Source: Callorhinchus milii (taxonomy: Eukaryota). From it: a stretch of DNA of 64,000 nucleotides. This document shows, piece after piece, positions 26,990-43,624 of the stretch; positions within the stretch are counted from its first letter, which is position 1, and each line of letters starts with the position of its first letter. The notes beneath the pieces were generated by a model. It did not search any database. It worked only from the letters and a program-made list of their open reading frames with translations, and was not told the origin of the DNA. The stretch spans positions 95,110,001 through 95,174,000 of the forward strand of contig NW_024704743.1 in the NCBI RefSeq assembly GCF_018977255.1, in the 5' to 3' direction. A program made the translations under genes and the position numbers.

Positions 26990-29900
26990 TAGAGCATGCT
27001 TGTTCTATGTGAACACCTGCACGATTCAGTAACAAACCATTGTATAAACATCAGTCTGTTAGTTCCAGTATGACAAAAAGCTGAACTTGTAATGTTGTGA
27101 TCTTTGCACAAGGTGCTTAAAAATAACAGCCTGACTGAGTTTAGTGAAAAAAGGCTGGGAAATGCAACTAGGAGGTTCAGCATATAGTCTAACTGCCAAT
27201 ATAGCAAGCAAAACTCCAAAGTAGTTAGGTCTTGAAATTGCCTTCAGCAGTCCTTAATTCATTGGGAACTTTGCTGAAAAATCCCAAATCCTAGAATCCA
27301 GTAGGTTTATTGATTAACTTCAGTAAATTTAGTGGCGTTCCTTTTCACTTTAAATCGGTATCGAAAGAAATTGGCTAATTTATTATGTGTTAGAAAATTA
27401 GTTATTTTGAGAATTTCAGAAGTAGGATAGTGTATTTCATTGAGGTGTTAATCAGCTATGTTAGTGTTCAAAACTAGTGTTCAGACTCCTTTATCATTAA
27501 ATTACTGTTGCTTTGTTCCTGTGGTTCTCACTTGTTGTTTTGTTGTGCAGAATAAGGTCTTAACTAAGCAATACAAGAGCAAATCTCTCTACAGGAGGAA
27601 GTAAAAGTCTACGAATGAATAATTTTGAGTGACCTTCATTGATAGTTTTAGGCGAAAATGTTTGAAGAAGGCAAGAGGTATAAACAATATTTAGGTAAAA
27701 CATTATATAGCCAAAGCTACCCAATTAAAACATTTGCGTGTGCTGTGGCATGTACAAGCCTGCACCAATTCATCCAGATAAAGAATCACTTCTTAGCTGT
27801 TGGTGGGACATGGCTACGTGCAAATTGGCTGCCATGTTTGCCTGCAAAATACAATTTACTACACTTTACAATAATCTTGTGAAGTGCTTTGAGATGTCCA
27901 GTGTTTGAAAGGTGCTGTATCAAACACAGGAATTATTATTACTGGGTTTTTATATAATGTCGCTATCATTATTTTGGAATCTCAACAGCATTGAACTGAC
28001 ACTCAGTTATGTGGCACACTAATGTGAGGAGCTGATCTGAAAGACAGTCTGTAGTGCATTAATGGAACATTCCTGCATTGTGGAATAAAAATATATGTAA
28101 GTGTTCTGCATTAATTGGACCCCCTGGGCTAATCGTGAGTTATTGTGAAATACCATTAGCCTTTTCTGTTCTTATACAATCAAACCAGTTTAACAACTAG
28201 TTTTGGACAGTTGTTGGGTGTGATCAGTCTGTTCAGTGTTTCCAAATATAGTTAACATAACAGCCGAAAGAGACTCGATTATCCATATTAATTGGGACGA
28301 AACTCGTTGTGGATAAGCAGTGAGATTAATTGGTTACCAGACAAAATCTAAATGGGCTTCAGTGATAACTATAAATAGTTTCATCAGGAATGTTACTGTT
28401 GCTGTAGTTCCACACTGCCAGCTCCTCATTCTCTAAGTCTCTCACTCTCTCTTGAGTTTCTTTCCACGCCTCTGAGTCTCTCTCTTTGAATTTTCTCTTT
28501 TTCTGACTCTAATTCTTTAAAAGTGCTGTGTAAGACTTATCTTTGTAGGACTGACATTTGCTCTGTAGAAGAAAAACCTGTTACACAGATGTGCAGTTGC
28601 TCAAAGCCACTCAGTAACTAGATTGCATCTTTAGTAACTGCGCAACTTTGCAATGTGCATACAAGATTATTTTCTGCCAGCATCACAACCTGACATTCAA
28701 ATACCATGTCAGTGACCCATGTGTGCATGGTTGAATTGGTGTGCAGATAACCAGTGCTCAACTGTACTTTCTATTGAGAGTGAACGTTTGGAGTGCAGTT
28801 GCCTTCTTACAATTGACAGTGGTTATTAATTGACTTTGGAAGCGCTTGTTCAAATTGCTGACCTTTACAAAACTCCAGTGAATACTTCATCTTGGCCTGC
28901 TTGTACTCAGAACATGACACCGACTCAGTAAAGTAGAGTGAGCATCCATTCAAGTTTATGGGGTCAGCGCCTGTATATATAAGTTTATTGAACCCATTTT
29001 TTTGTGATCAATCCTGCAATTAGTAATTACCAGAACAGATATGTTTATGTACAGAATCTCTACATGACTGGACATTTATAGTTTTAATATCTAAGCGCAT
29101 GAGACATATACTAAATATAGCAGAAATGGGTCCAAAACCCTGTTTCGATTAAACTGCTTTCTGAACCCAAGGCTTATCAGTGAATAGAGAGCTATCAGTT
29201 TACATTGAGAGGATGAAATTGGGCTATTTGGTTTGTGTGTCCCTTTATTTGGTATGCAAATGTTAAGACCTGATTGGCAGCCATGTAGTACCAGATGAAG
29301 TTATTATAAAGAAAAGACTGATGTACACAGCATCAAAGAGGTGAGAAGGAAGAAAGTCTGCAAACCGCAATTTGAACATAAAGTTGGCCTTGTTGACAGG
29401 TTGTGCCACAGAAATCTAATCCCAAGAGATCATCAATCAACCCTTATCCTCTGAACTTCAAATTAAAATGTAGAGCAACTATATATGTCACTTTGGTGCA
29501 GTGTAATAGGAAACGTCTAATAGTTTCCTACATTGATTCAGGAAACGATTAGGATTATTTTGACAGGACTAAAATATGTGTTGCTCCCACAGGAAACTGA
29601 CATGGAGCCTGGCCTCTTTCTGACAACAGACTAAGTTATGGTCATTACAGTAAACCTTTCATATCCTCAGTGTCATGGCCTTATCAAAAGATGACCTTAA
29701 TGAGTTGAAGAAATTCAGCAGTTTTTTTTTATCCTTCTTGCCTCTATACTGCTGTGTGCATCAGCCTCTGTCTCCATAGCAACTTAATTTGGCATTACAT
29801 GGCCGTCCATCATAACAATAATAATCCTTACATATGATGTAGCGCCTTATCTCATCATCGAGACATCTCAAAGCGCTTCACAGAATATACTGTAAAGTGG

Positions 29901-31356
29901 ATTGAGTGACCAAATTATAATTTTTTAAAAGGATTATTACCTCAGAAAAGCGATCAGCCAATCGACTTAACAATCGGGTTCCCCTTACTGCTAGGTAAAC
30001 AGAGGCATGTATTTTCATGCTTTATATTGCATATTAACAGCATAATCTTTGAAATTCACTTAAGAATAAACTTGCCTTCTTATCTTCAAAGAGTCAGTGT
30101 TAGTGTCAATCTATTTGAGGGTGAGTGAGAACAGCAATGAATGGAAGAAGAGCTGAAAGAGATCCCGAGAAGATTATCACCTACATAATATAACTGTCAG
30201 AATTGACCTTGGATAGTGTTGTGCTTATCAGGTCACCTTTTCCTAAATTATTGTCATACAATAAAATCCAAACAGGTGGCGTTCAGTAGTTACAATCTGG
30301 TATCATGTGGTTCAGTAGTATAGGAATATAGTAAGAGGTGGGTTCACATCTGCAAAATCTGCCTCAAATGGGTTATTTCATGTCCACTATTCAGTTTTAC
30401 ATTTGTTTAGTAAGAGAAAAGGTAATGGGATGGATACCAGGGGCTTGCGGAAAATTTTTGAATCAACTGAATTCCTGGAATAGCCTGTTCTGGATTTCTC
30501 CCAGCCCCCACTCCAGCTAGATAATTGCAAAGCAGGCTCTATGTATTTTTAGATGTAGAAGATGTTGGTAAAACTAGCCTTCTTTAATTTTTTTCTAACC
30601 ACAAAAATGGATGCTCTTTTGGAGATGAAACAGTAAGATTTAGTCTGCTGGTTTGATCCTATGTGATATCCTTGCAATGGCCTTTTTGGTTTTGGAAGGT
30701 GAGTTGATTACAGTGTCTTCACACATTTCCTAGCTTTATTTTTGTTTGTCTGAAATCTTTCCAAGGAACTCATAACAACATAGAGCACTAGGTAGCTGTG
30801 AATATGGTGTACTTTTAGTGCAACCAGTCTCTTCCCCCTCTCCTCCCTCCCCCAAACTATTTGCTGCTTCTGGTGAGTTTATAAATGTAAAATCTGCGGT
30901 TACAACTTTAACAATTTCAGCAAGTAATAGGAAACATGCATGTACAGGCTGTTTAAATATGCATGCACACAAGGATTGTTTGGTATTTCACACTTGTGGT
31001 AATCCCGTGTGTTCATGTACATGAAATACCACACATGACCATTGGCCAGTTAGAAAACCCAGTTCTAAGTATGTCAAAATAAAATAAGTTTTGTATTTTG
31101 TCATCACTTAGAAATTGCTGTAATAGATGTGAAGGTATTTATTTCATGGGTGACTGTAAATGTCCCAACTTTCCATTAAATTCAGATTCCTTGGCATGAA
31201 ATTGTTTGGTTGTGAAATTGTGTCAGATTGGATTTTTGTGTGGTGCCACTCAACTTGGTAAATTGTCTTGACTGGAATCTTCAAAACCATTGGAGACGTT
31301 GACTTTAAATGTAATCTTTTTTGATATGGTTCACAAAAACCCTCTTTTCTTCCTAG

Positions 31357-32547
<1,191 letters not shown>

Positions 32548-35002
32548 TGAAACTTGCTAATATGCTTATATAAGTGTTGAAGGTAACATTTTTAAAAACT
32601 TGATAAATCTTGTCAATGTTGCAGTGGCAAAACCTGCTGTAGTACATGTTTTTCCACTGAAATTTGAAATGCCCTTGATGGTTACTTTCCCACAGCGCTT
32701 CCTTGTTAGGATGTCTGCATGAACTTGGCTGCTTTTACTAGAACATTTCGCAGAATTTTGGCTTGTAAATTAACCATGTGTTCTTTCTAAATGGTAGGAA
32801 AAGTATCAACATCTAAAAAGTTTTAAAATTACCTAAAGTACACTCATTTTGTAAATTAAATGTTGCTAGATTTTGCCCTTATTTTAATTTTTTGTATTTG
32901 GATTTAATTTTGTATTTCTTAATTTCATAACATCATTTTGATTTGCTGTTCAAATTGATTGAAACGCATACATACCCAGATGTTGAGGTAGAGTAAACAA
33001 ATTATGTTAAAAGGCAATTAGATGGATGCTTAAAAATTAGGAATATTAATGGATATTGGGGAGGGAACAGGCGAGTAGGATTAGATTAGGTGGCTCATGT
33101 GGAGGAAAAACATGAGTGCAGACTTTACAGGTTGAATAGCTGTAACATTCTATAATTCGATAATACACGGAAAATCAACAAATGCAGTGGTGTAACCAAT
33201 GTGGTTCATTAATGAAAGATTTAAAATTCAGAGAATTTGTCTATCTTTTCAGTTAGACAAATAATTTAATGTGTTTACGAAGAATTATGTTGATCAGTGG
33301 GTTTGAAAAGCTCAGTAACTGCTTTAAGTGCTTGTTTTATTATTATTTTGTTCTGGGCAATCTAAAGATTGTCCAGTTTTGTTTTTACCTTCTAGAGCAT
33401 ATGTATTTTAAATCTATAGATGGAGCATTTTGATACTCTGATTGGCTGAAACGTGTAAGATACTGGCTCAAATATGAGTTCTAGCAGGAAATGCAGAGCA
33501 AATGACGGGCATATTCATTCCTTCAGAGAAAATTAATATCCAGAGCTGTTAGCCTAGCTTGTGTTTGCCATCTACTGCTTGAGTTTAGGATCTGCAGTTT
33601 CAGGAGTTTGAAGCTGATTTGTTTTGGAATAATACGGATGTCCTTCCAAAAACATAAGAGGGGAACATGGGGAGGAATGAAAACACTAAATATTTTACAC
33701 TAGAGTTGTACAGTATGCTAAAGCTTAGAGAAGAGATAGGAGTCAGCTTTCCTCGGACACATGTGTATGACAACCTTGTAGGTGTCTGCTCTTGGATTCC
33801 TTTTTATCTTTGTAGTACTTTCTCTATTTTTACCACCTTCTCATCTATCCTTCTTCGTACCATCTATTCCCCCCCATTCTGACCCCTCTCTATCTCCTTC
33901 ACTCTCCAGAAATCTACTGTAGTTGCTTCTCAAATCTACTCATACAAAAAGGCCTGACTTTTGGCTCGTACTAACTTTTCCATGTTTGTTTTCACTGAAG
34001 TGCTTGCACTACATGGTTATTTCTAAAAAGAAAGTGGAGATTTGAAACCTTTGATCTTGTGTTTTTTGTTGTGACGTATTTGCTATTCTCAGTGATCTCT
34101 TCATATTGTATAGAACAATTGCTCTCCTGTTTACTTACAACAACCCCCCACCCCGAAACTAGGTGATTAGAAGTTGCCCTTCATCTGAAGTGATAAGATA
34201 CTAAAGTGCTAGACCTTGTAACTTAGTGATTACAGTCACAAATTGATATTCCAATGAGGTATCTCAAATGCTCTTTTTGTCCAGGTCTTAAATGTTTCTA
34301 ATTTCCCTCTTTCTTTCCCAAGACTCAACCAGACAAACTACTTCTCAGGCGAGAGAGGGAAGCAATTTGCTTCCAGTCCTTGACAATTCTGTTTTCTCAC
34401 CAACTTGCTAGAAGCAGTTTAGAAAGCACATCTATATATACCAGGTACTTTCTGGTCCGACTCTGGGACTGTGCTGACGTTGTTGGTATCGGTTGCGGTT
34501 GCATGGGAAAACTAAATTGACCATGGTGTTCTCCAAATTAAGGAGGGGAAAACCAGTCAAGGTTCTTGTTTCTGGTCACTTTACAGTCCCCTCTAATAGG
34601 CCCGTGTGTGGCATCCAGGTGAGGAGAGGGCAGATACAGCGGTGAAGCTCTCTAGTCAAGTGGCCTGCCAATATTCACGACCAAGCTTTGTACATGAACA
34701 TTGGCCACTTTTACTGGAGGGTAACTAGTGCCCAATAAGAATAGGCCAGACCAGTGGTAGAGAGAATTATGGCAGTGAGGAGAAACTTGGAAAAAGTTGG
34801 TGGACTGAATTTTGCAGAGTGACGTGCTTCCTCTCTTTGTACATACATAGCAGTAATTCCATATATAGTATAGAGATTGTTTAGATTTACGTATCAGGCG
34901 TCAGGATACAAATCTATCGGATGCAATCTGATCTCTTTTTTTTAAAAAATCTTCGCCCCCCCCCATTCTAAAACTATGCCTAATGTCATTCTTGATAAGT
35001 AA

Positions 35003-35217
35003 GTAATAATCCCTCCAAAACAAAACAATAATAAATTGGTCATTTTTAATCTACGACTGTTTGTGGGACAAAGCTGTGCGCAATTGGCTACTACTTTCGC
35101 CCACAAAAATATACAGTCAATTCACTTTACACTATATTCTGTGAAGTGTAAGTGTAATTCTTTGAGACGTCTAGAAGACGTGAAAAGTGCTATATCAAAT
35201 GCAAGGATTATTATTAA
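35003..35217 (+). mobile_element. 5'-truncated young SINE
   Basis: taataatccctccaaaacaaaacaataataaattggtc...aaatgcaaggattatt. Confidence 0.85.
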
Positions 35218-36139
35218 GTTAGTGATCTGAAAAGGGCTGCAGACTCTCATCTGTGTATCATCAATTGGAGAACATCAAACAAAATTAGGCCCTTTATTAG
35301 TATGTACTCACTGTTGCAATTGTTTTTTTTTGGCCATGATAAGCTTGTTATCTTCACTTGACTTTAAATGGAGGTTTAAATTAAGGTGACATATATGTAA
35401 CCTTCTTCCACAGGAAACTTAAGTTGATTAGGTTCTGTCAGAAGTACTGTAAATTCCCGAGAATCCCCAAGCCTAGAATATTGAAAGGTTTAGCTGATTT
35501 TTCAGTTATAATAACCCTTTAGAATCCCTAGTTCTTATTTTGTCGTGTGGCTAAATGACTTTCTCTAAATGTCTCTGCATTCCAATCAGACCCATTTGCA
35601 GATGGGCAAACTACATCAAGCCACTGGCAATGATGATTTGAAAATACCCTCTAAGAATCCAATAGAGTAGTCCAGGGATGACTTCCTGTGGGAGAAGCAT
35701 CTGCCTATGTTTGGTTCTTTCTCGTTTTACCTGCTGATGTGAACCCACATTGAAGCTTGTGTATTGGTGATCTCATGCTGTATTGTTACTCAGCTGTACT
35801 TTGTTCCAAAGTATTTGAAGTCGAGCAGTTTATGGACTCAAAATGCATCGATGTGAAACTATTTTACGGAATACTTCATTTGCTGACTGAAGGTATAAAG
35901 TACTTTGAGAAAGTTGTGCAATCATGAGTAATGAGAAAGCGTGTGATTTAGTACACATATATATAATGGAAAATTTGGCAGTTTCAGCTTCAGTTAGACA
36001 TTTCTCTACAGTGGTAATAGTGCCACAGATTTCTCTACAATGTCAAGCTGCTCAAAATGTCTTTTATTTAATGTTGCTATTTATTTTTATCAGTGTTTAA
36101 TTTAGTCTGTAACATCTTCTACATTTTGAAAATACATAA

Positions 36140-36334
<195 letters not shown>

Positions 36335-36782
36335 TAAGGAACTAGTACCCGGTGTATTTTGCCATCTAGCAACTTGACAGCGTTTCATAATATTTTCTCA
36401 TCTTTGGGCAAGGGGTTTGAAAGCTGACTGAGTGGGGGCTGGGAGAGAAAGTATTTCAAAATATATTCAAGATCATATGATCTAATATGGAGCTTACTTT
36501 GTGAACTACAGTAATGTGATTGCATCCTCCCTTCCACATGAGAGTAATTTCCTGTTTCTAAGCTTTGAACTTGGAAAAACAAGCAAGTTTGAAAGGTTAC
36601 AGATTTCAGTCAATGCAATTTGAGGGATTTATGTGGGGAAAAGTACGGCAGTGTTATTTAGTGTACAAGTAAGCTTATGTGAATAAAACGTTAATCTGTC
36701 TAATGGTTTGTTTAAAACATTACTCATTATTCTAAACACAAAAAAGCTCCGCTTATCAAACTCTTTTGAGAATGTACTGTGA

Positions 36783-39586
36783 CAACAACAACAACAAGAT
36801 TCCATTTATAGAGCGCCTTTCACGTCGGGAGGACGTCCCAAGGCGCTGTACAGTTGGGTCAGGACCCGTGCAGGGGGGAAATGGTCAGGGTGAGGGGAGG
36901 AAGGGAGGGAGCAAGGCGAAGGCACTGGGGGATAGAGTTCCAGAGCCTGGGGGCTGAGAGGCTGAAGGCCCGGCCACCGATGGTAGGGTGGTTGGGGCGG
37001 GGGATGTGGAGCAGACCGGAGCCAGAGGAACGGAGGGTACGGGCAGGTAGGTAGGGGGATAGTAGGTCGGAGAGGTAGGAGGGAGCGAGGCCGTGAATGG
37101 CCTTGTAGGTGAGGATGAGGATCTTGAATTCGATCCTCTGGGGGATGGGGAGCCAGTGGAGGCGAGCGAGGGTGGGAGTGATGTGGTCCCGAAGCCTGGT
37201 GCGGGACAGTACACGAGCTGCAGAGTTCTGAATGACCTGCAGCTTGTGGAGGGAGGTGGCGGGAAGGCCGGCGAGGAGAGAGTTCCCATAGTCCAGCCTT
37301 GAGGTGATGAAGGCGTGGACCAGAGTTTCAGCAGCGTGAGGGGTGAGGTAGTGCCGTAGTCTGGCGACATTCCGGAGGTGATGGAAGGCGGTGCCAGTTG
37401 TGGCGCGGATAAGAGGGAGAAAGGACAACTCAGGGTCGAACAGAACGCCGAGGTTCCTGACTGGCTTTGAGAGGTGGAGAGTGCAGCCTTGGATGCTGAT
37501 GGTGTCAGCGCCTGAGGTGCGGAGGCGCTGACGTGAGCCAATCAGGAGGGCCTCAGTTTTACGCACGTTGAGCTGAAGAAAGTTGTCTCTCGTCCAGGAC
37601 TCGATGTCGGACAGGCAGCTGTCAGGACATCGGTGGTCGTGGAGTTGAGGGTAGAGGAGGAAAGGTAGAGTTGGGTGTCATCCGCATACATGTGGAAGTT
37701 AACCCCATGTCTGCGGATGATGTCACCAAGGGGGAGCATATAGAGGGTGAAGAGGAGGGGACCGAGGACAGAGCCCTGAGGGACACCGCACGAGACAGTG
37801 CGGGGTGGAGGAAAAGCCATTCGTGGTAACAAAGTGAAGACGGTGGGAGAGGTACGACCTAAACCACTCAAGGACAGGGCCTTGAAGGTTGAGGTGGGAG
37901 GACAAGCGGTGGAGGAGGATAGCATGGTCGACCGTATCGAATGCTGCCGATAGGTCGAGGAGGACGAGGAGGCAGAGGGAGCCCTGGTCACAGATGGTCA
38001 GGATGTCATTGGTGACCTTGACCAGGGCAGTTTCTGTGCTATGGGCAGCACGGAAACCCGACTGAAGGGGTTCGAATAATGAATGGGTGGAGAGGAAAGA
38101 GCGCAGCTGGGAGGCGACAACTCGTTCCAGGACCTTGGACAGGAAGGGGAGGTTGGAGATGGGCCGGTAGCTTGATAGCTGCGACGCATCAAGGGAGGTG
38201 GGAGTGATGGTGGCAGTTTTTAAGGGAATGGGAACAGAGCCAGAGGAGAGGGACAGGTTGACGATGTCTGTGATATGTGGGGCAAGGAGGTGGAGCTGGG
38301 AGATAAGGAGTGGAGTGGGGATGGGGTCAAGGGAGCAGGTGGTGGGTTTCAGGGATAGGATGAGTTTGGTGACAGAGGGTGGGGAAACGGGTACGAAAGT
38401 GTGTAGGGGAGGATGGGTAGGAGTCGGAGTGTGGGAGGGAGGGGGTGGGTGGATGTTGGAGGTGTAGTGACCGCGGAGCGAATTCCCTTGATTTTGGATT
38501 CAAGGAAATCCAGCATCTCCTCGCAGTGAAGGTTGGAGGAGATGACCTGCGCGGGTTGGTGGGGGGGACGGAGGAGTCTGGATGTGGTAGAAAACAGTAG
38601 CCTGGGGTTGTTCTTCGCTTCCAGGATTATCCTGGAGTAGAAGGACGACTTGGCCGAGGCTAGAGTGGAGCGGTAGATTTTGAGGAGGTCCAGCCAGATT
38701 CGTCGGTGGATCGTTAGGCCAGATTTGACGTAGGTGCGTTCAGCGGCCCGCACCTGGCGGAGGGGGGTGGAGGTGGTGAAGGAGATGAAGTGGTGGTCGG
38801 AGACAGCCGTGTCGGTGATAGTGACATCCGAGACACTGAGGCCCCGGGTGATCACCAAGTCGAGTGGGTGGCCGTGACTGTGAGTGGGGGAGTTGATGTG
38901 GAGGGAGAGGTTGAGCGAGGAGAGCAGGGAAGAGAAGTCCGAGGAGATGGAGCAGGAGGGGGTGAAGTGCAGGTTGAAGTCGCCCAGGATGATGAGGCGA
39001 TCAGAGCAGAGGCAGAGAGATGTAAGGAGTGTCGAAATATCGGAGATGAAGGTGGGAGAGCTTTTAGGGGGCCGGTAGAGGAGGAGGATTTTGAGCGAGA
39101 CGAAGGAGGGGTGGGAGAGGGTGAGGTGCTCGAAAGAGGGAAAGAGCGAGAGGAGTAGGGGGATAGGGCAAGTGGTGTCCTTGAGATAAGGGCTACACCA
39201 CCGCCACGGCGGTTGGGGCGAGGGATGTGGGGGGAGGTATAGCCGGGTGGTGTGGCCTCCGTGAGGGGGAAGGTGTCGCCTGGGGTGAGCCAGGTTTCCG
39301 TTAAGGCCATGGTGTCAACCCTCTCATCAAGGATGAGATCGTTGATGACCAGGGCTTTGTTACAGAGGGAGCGGACATTTTGTAGTCCGATGTGGAGGGA
39401 GCGGTTGACAGAAGGGTGTGTGGGAGGGGAGGGGGGTCCAGGTTGTGAAGCAGAGGTGTGGGGAATGGGGATAAGGGAGGAGAGGTTGGCTCCCCGGGTC
39501 TGTGTCCGGGTTGGCTGGCGAGTGCGGTGGGGAATGGGGCAGTTGGTGTGGCTGCTGCTGGACAGCCAACGCCGAGTGACATCATC
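36783..39586 (-). mobile_element. young L2 LINE with near-complete ORF2 (APE endonuclease + RT), frameshifted and internally deleted, in the last GAREM1 intron
   Basis: LQNVRSLCNK...ALTETWL...GGGVA (endonuclease); [49 protein letters not shown] (RT); stem-loop and (TTG)n tail; candidate TSD CTGTGA at 36777-36782 and 39587-39592. Confidence 0.95.
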
Positions 39587-40129
39587 CTGTGAAATAAAAT
39601 CTGAACCTAATTGCTTAAATATACTGCATTATCCAGACTACTGTTGACGGTTCTTTTACATTGAATTGAATTTCAGTGTTTTTTTTGTAAGTTTTTTTTA
39701 AAAAAGTGAGACGAGTTTCAGGTACTTTTCTCTCTTTTGTTGATGATCTCCACATTGCAGCCCACCAATGGCTAGGACAGTGTATAACCTGCCCCCAGGT
39801 CAATGCTACTGTAATGCTGGAGAGGAAAAGAAAGAAGTTCACAGTTTGCCTCAATTTTTCCTTCCTACGTGTAGGCAGCTCTTGGCCTGTTTTACGACAA
39901 CCCCACATGGAAGCATGGCTGAGATCAAGTTTCACCTGTGGAAAATTCTCTTCATAATCCTACACATGTAGCACAGTATATTGAGGTACAAGAGTGCTGT
40001 GTTACTAACTAACATATTGTTAAGGACCATTAGTCTTTTTTTAATCCCCCAAATAAAAAACGTTTTTTCTTCCCCACTGGTCTATTTTTGGTATCAAGAA
40101 ACAAAACAGTTGGAGGGCAGGAAAATTTG

Positions 40130-40430
40130 TGATAGATGGGGGTAGGAAAGATGGATGAAGGAAAGACACAGTCAAAGAGGTAGGTCTTGAAACAGACTTT
40201 GAAGGAGGTGAGGGAAGGAGTGAGTTGAAGGGACTCCAGGATGGAGTTCTAGAAAGTGGGGGCAGTTAGACTGTAAACCTGGCCGCCGATAGTGGGGTTG
40301 GATAGGGCGGGGAACATGATGCTGATGCCTGCTGAGTGGAGGAAGCAGGCGGGTTTGAGAAGGTTGCAAGGATAGGTTGGAGCAAGAACGTACAAGGGTT
40401 TAAAGGTGAAAAACAAGGAATTAGACTTAG
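40130..40430 (-). mobile_element. old L2 3' fragment
   Basis: FTFKPLYVLAPTY...PTIGGQVYSLTAPTF-like L2 C-terminus. Confidence 0.7.
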
Positions 40431-41863
40431 CTTCTTGAGTCTTTAAAAGATCCAGTTGTGTATGTGCGCAAAACCACAAACATACATGCTTACAGTGTTT
40501 AATGTGCACAACTTGCATATGTGCACAACTCAGTGCTTGGGTATACTTTGAAACAGGTGGGTGCACACCATCCTGAATAGTGAAAATAAATCTCTTATTT
40601 GGGGTTTTGCCAATCAAATTAAGGAGAGAATAATTTTTTATTGATGGATTTTCACCAAAAACAAAGGGCAGATATTTTACTGTGAAAATTTATTTTTTTA
40701 AAAATGGTGTTTACCTATTGTTACCTTCCAAAACATAAAAGCAGGTTTAGAAGAAAGGGACTGTTTCAGTTGCTGTCACTATAAGGGAAAGGCTCACCTC
40801 AGTAAGAATCCCTATGTAACTATTCCTGCAGGTGAGACCAAAAACTAAGGGGTATGTATTTTCGTACACAAAATTAATGAGTGCAAGGGTGGAGAGTGGG
40901 TAATATTTCTCATTCGGTCTGGCTTCTTTAAATTGAAATATTTTGTCATTTGCTTTATGCTTTGTCATTAGAAACTGATCAGGAAGTAAGTATGGTCTCC
41001 TAGGAGCTGAGCTGATTCCAAAGTGACAGGTTGGCACCATAATGTTAGCATTAAATAAATCCTCTGTGGTGGTGTCAGTAGATAGGTTCTTGTGCCAGTG
41101 CCAGGGCACTGCTGATAACAGACCAGCTGGCAGGACATGGAGTTGCAGACTGGTCACTGGGAGCAAGGATTCTTCCCACTCAGCTCCTGTTGATCCTGCA
41201 AGCCAAAGCCCTAATGGGTAGGGTGCTCCTAGCTGGATAAGAAGCTTACCACACTGTTTTTAATGGCAAATTATGTAGTTTTATCAGCTAAACTTCAAAT
41301 AGTATCCCAACACGCCTCTTGGGATCCCAAGCTGTGGCTCTTGCCAACCTGTGCCAAATACTCTCCAGAATTAAGTAAGCAAGGTTCATCTGTCTAGGGA
41401 GAGAGTGCATATTCCATTCCAAATACTGGTATTTCCATGTGTAGTGACATGCATGGAACTCTGTCTGCATAGTCTTAAGTCTGGTTCATTGATTACACCA
41501 TCTTATCGGTAAAATGAATCTTTATTAATGGAAATTTGGTTCATTAACTCATTCCCTACGCTTGTTTATTTTATCAAAAGCATTGATAGCTTGTCACACC
41601 TATTTTCTTTAAATTTCATTTCCAAAATGCAGCTATTGGTACTCCAGGGTCTTTCATTAATACAGTACAGTTCACCACTACATGTTATGTTTTGTTAAAC
41701 TGGTGAAATTGTCTAAATAGCTTTGTTTTTATTAATAATTGCATTTTGGGTTAAGTTCACTTTTTAAGTTGGGTGACTACTGCAAACTTGAAATGAGTTG
41801 ACCCCTGACTAGTTTGATTTTGGGGAGGGAATCTGCCATACAGATAAATTACTGAACTGTTGA

Positions 41864-42826
<963 letters not shown>

Positions 42827-42979
42827 TGACTCAGAAGTGGCATGGATGGGGAGCCTCTGTCCTCGACGTACATTGTTTTGCACTAAAGCCATAACTTTTT
42901 GTACTGTAAAAAAAATTAGTGCTGTGGCAACAAACAATTTGCTTGTAAAGGTACTAATTACTGGTGACTTTTGTATGCT

Positions 42980-42985
42980 AATAAA
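42980..42985 (+). promoter_or_regulatory. candidate proximal polyadenylation signal AATAAA
   Basis: AATAAA about 150 nt after the stop codon; use is not demonstrable from sequence. Confidence 0.3.
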
Positions 42986-43618
42986 ACTGACATCCTACAA
43001 CAGAAATGACCTTGCTTAAAAGCGAACCATGTGCATCACTTAACTATCACTGGCCGCTTGAACAAGCTGAAAGCATAGAAATCAAACTGAGTTAATCGTC
43101 TCATATTGTTTTAATTTTAATGAGAATACAGAGAAGTAATTTAACCCTCTAAGTTAAGTGTTTGTGTGATAGACAAATGTGCAGCCCAATTATACTCTTC
43201 TAACTATTGGCAATATGGACTGATGTTATAAAAGTGTTGTCATAAAAAACAGAAGATGCTGGAAATGCAAAAGATCAATCCGTATCTGAAAAATAAAAAA
43301 TGTTTGCACTGCATTTTCAGCATTTCCTGCTTTATTTCTGATTTCCAGCATTTGCAGTTTCATTTTTATCTATTTAAATGTCCATTATGGTTCTGGGCTA
43401 CTTTTCAGTCACTGTAATCTTGAATTATGCTCCAGGGCAACTAATGTACAAATAGACAGTGATTTTTTTTACTCCTGGGCATATTTATTTTGTCAGGACA
43501 AACCACAATGCTGATCAATAAGAAGAAGGTCTGTTTTAATTCCAGTTATTGATCTTCAGTGTGTAAATTGAACAAATTGACATTAGACCAAACTCAAAAA
43601 ATACACTTCATTTAATGT

Positions 43619-43624
43619 AATAAA
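43619..43624 (+). promoter_or_regulatory. candidate distal polyadenylation signal AATAAA
   Basis: AATAAA followed about 40-80 nt later by a T/GT-rich tract (tattttactgcttttgttttg). Confidence 0.4.
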
